Positions 61,145 through 64,000 of a stretch of DNA of 64,000 nt are shown piece after piece. Below the pieces are notes generated by a model. It saw nothing but the letters and a program-made list of their open reading frames with translations. It was not told where the DNA came from and ran no database searches. Location: NCBI GenBank assembly GCA_021414225.1, contig JAIOOX010000001.1, forward strand, positions 6,624-70,623. Direction: 5' to 3'. Numbering within the stretch: the stretch's first letter is position 1; each line of letters begins with the position of its first letter. The translations under genes and the position numbers were made by a program. Source of the stretch: Candidatus Vogelbacteria bacterium (GTDB taxonomy: Bacteria; Patescibacteriota; Minisyncoccia; Phycocordibacterales; XYD1-FULL-46-19).

Positions 61145-61178
61145 CAAAAAAGTCTTTGATCTAATCAAAGACTTTTTT
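61145..61178. terminator. Bidirectional terminator between the convergent tRNA-Val and tRNA-Arg
   Basis: aaaaaagtctttgatctaatcaaagactttttt. Confidence 0.65.
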
Positions 61179-61187
61179 GTTTGTGGG

Positions 61188-61259
61188 TGCCCCTGGTTGG
61201 AATCGAACCAACATTAACGGCTTAGAAGTCCGCTGTTCTATCCATTGAACTACGGGGGC
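61188..61259 (-). tRNA. tRNA-Arg (anticodon TCT)
   Basis: Minus-strand cloverleaf with anticodon loop CTTCTAA and T-arm GTTGG/TTCGATT/CCAAC. One C:A mismatch in the acceptor stem. Confidence 0.7.
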
Positions 61260-61293
61260 AAGCTGGTTCGTTAACCCTCCAAATATACTGTCA

Positions 61294-61596
61294 TTATAAC
61301 GAAGGGTCAACAACCTTGGGTGCTGCTTTATAAAGTAAGTCAAATCGATCAGCTCTACGATCTAAAATAGAAACTGCCTCATCCAAATCTTTTTGATTAA
61401 TTGTTGTTTTCTTGGCAATTTCTATTTGAATAGACTCAGCATCTCCGGCCCGCCACAAATTAAAATAATCAACAGCCAACCAACCACAAACAACCGCAGC
61501 TATCAGCAAAAAAACAGTAAGCAAAATAAACCAATCTCGATCAGGATTAATACTCTCCTGTTTGTCTAATTTACGAAGTATTAAAAGATTTTTCAT
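61294..61596 (-). CDS. Hypothetical small membrane protein downstream of pilO (possible pilus assembly accessory)
   Basis: 100 aa with a single TM helix. Operon position only. Confidence 0.35.
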   Translation of the reverse strand: MKNLLILRKLDKQESINPDRDWFILLTVFLLIAAVVCGWLAVDYFNLWRAGDAESIQIEIAKKTTINQKDLDEAVSILDRRADRFDLLYKAAPKVVDPSL

Positions 61597-61628
61597 AATT
61601 CAATTATTTTAGAGAAACTAATTATTCA

Positions 61629-62168
61629 TTAAATAATGAACCTCAAGGTCAAACTAACCGTCCAAAGGCTTTTTCTCGGATCATCTGTAGAAACCGCCAT
61701 GTCACTGGATTCAATAAAAACCGGGTAAGGCATAGTCTCGACTAGACCAATCAGTCTATAGATAGCAGAGAATGACCCGCTCCCTTTTACGATAAAAGTG
61801 GTTCCTTCATTACCGCCAACATGTTCCAAATTTATAACCACCCCAGCCTGCTTAGCGATTGATTCTAGAGATTCAATCAAAAGTACAATTTGATCTAATT
61901 TGAGATTAAATTTATCTAACTCTTCACGAGCTCCAGTAGTTTGTTTGTATTGTTGCTGAGCTTTAACTAAAGATATTTCTTGTTGTTTCTTTGTCGCTAA
62001 ATCTGTGGCTAAATTTTCTAAACTGTGTACTTTTTGGTGAACAAAAAATCTAACAGCTAAAACCAGAATAATTAAAAACAAAGTTAGCATTAAAGCACTG
62101 ATGGTTTTTAAAAATAAGGATCGGGGCATATACCAATTATAACTGATTTGTTTTAAGTTTAAGCTCAA
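61629..62168 (-). CDS. pilO: Type IV pilus assembly protein PilO-like
   Basis: N-terminal TM helix, coiled-coil, and a C-terminal alpha/beta domain. Overlaps pilN by about 30 nt. Confidence 0.55.
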   Translation of the reverse strand: MSLNLKQISYNWYMPRSLFLKTISALMLTLFLIILVLAVRFFVHQKVHSLENLATDLATKKQQEISLVKAQQQYKQTTGAREELDKFNLKLDQIVLLIESLESIAKQAGVVINLEHVGGNEGTTFIVKGSGSFSAIYRLIGLVETMPYPVFIESSDMAVSTDDPRKSLWTVSLTLRFII

Positions 62169-62685
62169 GACTGAAAGATCCCGCTTTTTCTTTAATTAAG
62201 TTATCGACCGGAGAATTAACAGTTGCCACTTGAGCTGATTGTTTTAACTTTTCAACATAGTCAAGAAAAACTTTTCGACTAGTAAACTGACCTTTAATTG
62301 TCACCCCTTGGTTCTCACTACCACTATTATCAAAATTTAACGACTGAATACGAATACCATCTATTCTGTAAGTCATTATTAAATCTAAAACCGCCTGTAA
62401 AGAAATTTTATTATTAAGAGAGTTAATTATTGAGATATTACTATTAAGTCCAGCCACATAACTAGACACTTGCTCAAAATTTTCACTTTTATTCTCTGTA
62501 GGAACGCCACTCAACTCTCTAACCAAACTCTTTTCCTTCAATGATAAAACTAAAAAGATGGTAGTGGACACTACCAAGACAATAACCACTACTACAGCCG
62601 TTAGAACCACCCCAACAGTCACCACCCGATTGAGATATTCTTTTTTCAAAACTGATAAATTATTTGAAGGTAAAAGATTAATCAT
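62137..62685 (-). CDS. pilN: Type IV pilus assembly protein PilN
   Basis: N-terminal INLLP signature followed by a TM helix. Confidence 0.7.
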   Translation of the reverse strand: MINLLPSNNLSVLKKEYLNRVVTVGVVLTAVVVVIVLVVSTTIFLVLSLKEKSLVRELSGVPTENKSENFEQVSSYVAGLNSNISIINSLNNKISLQAVLDLIMTYRIDGIRIQSLNFDNSGSENQGVTIKGQFTSRKVFLDYVEKLKQSAQVATVNSPVDNLIKEKAGSFSLELKLKTNQL

Positions 62686-62689
62686 ATAT

Positions 62690-63787
62690 TTACTTGGCTT
62701 TATAGTAGGCAGCCCGCAAGGCTAAACCAATAGCCGTACTAAAACGTAAAGAATCTTCAAATGACAGCTGAGGCACTAAATCGACTATTTCTTTGGCATT
62801 ATTCCACGGGTCACCAATAAAGACCGGTAAGTTTAACTGTCCAGATAAATATTCCACAAAACCAGGCAAAGAAGCTTGCCCACCACAAATCACAATTTTC
62901 TCAACTGGTTTTTCATAGTAATTAGACTCACTTTGTTCCGCCCTCCAAAACTCGATTACTCTTGTTAATTCATCTTTCAAGGAAGACATCATTGGGATGA
63001 GGGCAGTGAATACCTCCTCGTTATCTAAGGCTCGAGACAAGCCTTTGGTTTTTTTTAGCGTCTCTGCTTCTTTGGTTGTTATCTTTAAACTTCGTTCAAT
63101 ATTACGAGTCATGTCTCGACCACCGATATTAGATATTGTTGAAGTTAAGGCCACCACCCCTCTAGCCACTACCCCTAAACCGGTTCTTGTTTTACCAATA
63201 TCTAAAATTAAAGTAGTGTCTCTATCGCCCGAGGCCAAGCAAGCCCTAGCTAAAGCTTGAGATTCTATTTCAAAAGCTAAAGGCATTAACCCGGCCTCCG
63301 ACAAAACTGAAGCATAAACAGAAGCTTCCTTTTGAGGAAAAATAGAGACTACTACGTCACGCCCACCAGGACCAGCCTTGGGGGTGTCCACTAGTTCATA
63401 ATCAAAGATAATATCTTTGATAGGCAAAGGAACATATTGATCCAACTGAAGCTCAATCGCCTGCTTCATTTCAGTTGGCGACATCTCCGGCAGAGAGAGT
63501 CTAACAATATAAGCTAATTCCTCAGGAAGAGCTGCCACTACCGCTGAAAATTTATAATCTTTTTTTAATTTTATTAAACTTTCAATTAAAATTTCTGGTT
63601 TTTTAATAACCCCAGACTCAATCACTCCTGGAGCCAGATCGACTTCTGCAAAATAATTTAAAGTTAACTTCTGGTTGGTATTAGAAATATTAACCAACTT
63701 CACAGATTGATCAGAAATATCTAAACCCACCGCTGGTATTGCTAAGAATCGAGGGGTGGGGAAAAATTTTAGAAAAGTAGAAAACAC
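62690..63787 (-). CDS. pilM: Type IV pilus assembly protein PilM (actin-like ATPase fold)
   Basis: Actin/FtsA-like motifs (VGLDISDQSVKLV, LILDIGKTRTGLGVV). 365 aa. Confidence 0.8.
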   Translation of the reverse strand: MFSTFLKFFPTPRFLAIPAVGLDISDQSVKLVNISNTNQKLTLNYFAEVDLAPGVIESGVIKKPEILIESLIKLKKDYKFSAVVAALPEELAYIVRLSLPEMSPTEMKQAIELQLDQYVPLPIKDIIFDYELVDTPKAGPGGRDVVVSIFPQKEASVYASVLSEAGLMPLAFEIESQALARACLASGDRDTTLILDIGKTRTGLGVVARGVVALTSTISNIGGRDMTRNIERSLKITTKEAETLKKTKGLSRALDNEEVFTALIPMMSSLKDELTRVIEFWRAEQSESNYYEKPVEKIVICGGQASLPGFVEYLSGQLNLPVFIGDPWNNAKEIVDLVPQLSFEDSLRFSTAIGLALRAAYYKAK

Positions 63788-63812
63788 TACCCTAGTATAC
63801 CAAATTTATATC

Positions 63813-64000
63813 CTAAGAAAGATGTTTAGACTGTGAACGACGATACCCTTTTAGTAATTCGTAGGCCGCCGGCATTAATGATAGACCGATAATAATAAAA
63901 ATAATTATTGTAATGTACTCATCAACTCCAGGTATTAGTGAACCCAAGAAATAACCTAAGCTAATAAAACTAACACTCCACAACACTCCTCCCACGACGT
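63813..64000 (-). CDS. Partial CDS (C-terminal part) of a DedA-like membrane protein, continuing beyond the window end
   Basis: The reading frame stays open to the window edge. The hydrophobic C-terminal segment (ISLGYFLGSLIP) resembles the DedA family. Confidence 0.35.
   Translation of the reverse strand, partial: VVGGVLWSVSFISLGYFLGSLIPGVDEYITIIIFIIIGLSLMPAAYELLKGYRRSQSKHLS

Overview
This 64 kb window is a low-GC, gene-dense bacterial chromosome segment with very small intergenic spacers and long same-strand gene arrays. Its content (type IV pilus PilM/N/O, lamin-tail-domain secreted proteins, DUF378, a standalone 23S rRNA) resembles Candidate Phyla Radiation / Patescibacteria genomes; that assignment is an inference. 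It is mostly conserved housekeeping: translation factors, aminoacyl-tRNA synthetases, ribosomal proteins, recombination and replication, cell envelope and pilus assembly. Main features, in order:
- A cell-envelope glycan cluster: folD, an NAD-dependent epimerase, an initiating phosphoglycosyltransferase and a GT4 glycosyltransferase.
- An EEP-family nuclease, a RodA/FtsW homologue and tRNA-Gly.
- A standalone 23S rRNA with long-range processing stems and no adjacent 16S or 5S.
- rplJ-rplL followed by three tandem hairpins.
- A surface locus: a PKD/LTD secreted protein, an LTD protein, a HlyD-like adaptor, an O-antigen-ligase/TPR protein and a large Ser/Thr/Asp-rich peptidoglycan-binding surface protein behind a 540-nt leader.
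- ftsK-recA-efp on the plus strand.
- A long minus-strand array: rpsF-ssb-rpsR, tatD, ppa, metG, an AI-2E permease, glyQS, a large membrane protein, recO, ileS and argS.
- A thymidylate-synthesis operon: dCMP deaminase, a divergent ThyX-like protein, glyA, tmk and dut.
- secE-nusG-rplK with a near-consensus promoter and no rplA, then nrnA, msrA and rlmH.
- An SOS module: a Cheo-type LexA box, a small ORF, lexA and a GC-rich accessory gene.
- An ABC exporter, several hypothetical genes, and tRNA-His, tRNA-Leu, tRNA-Val and tRNA-Arg.
- rplS, rluA and pilM-pilN-pilO.

Most notable observations:
- A complete histidine-phosphatase (PGAM-like RHG) domain is inserted inside the type-2 isoleucyl-tRNA synthetase.
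- A compact SOS module carries a compositionally foreign gene downstream of lexA.
- A candidate protein O-glycosylation / surface-layer locus.
- A divergent double-length ThyX-like protein sits in an otherwise canonical dTMP pathway operon.
- Three GC-rich patches stand out from the local composition.

No CRISPR arrays, transposases or integrases were found.
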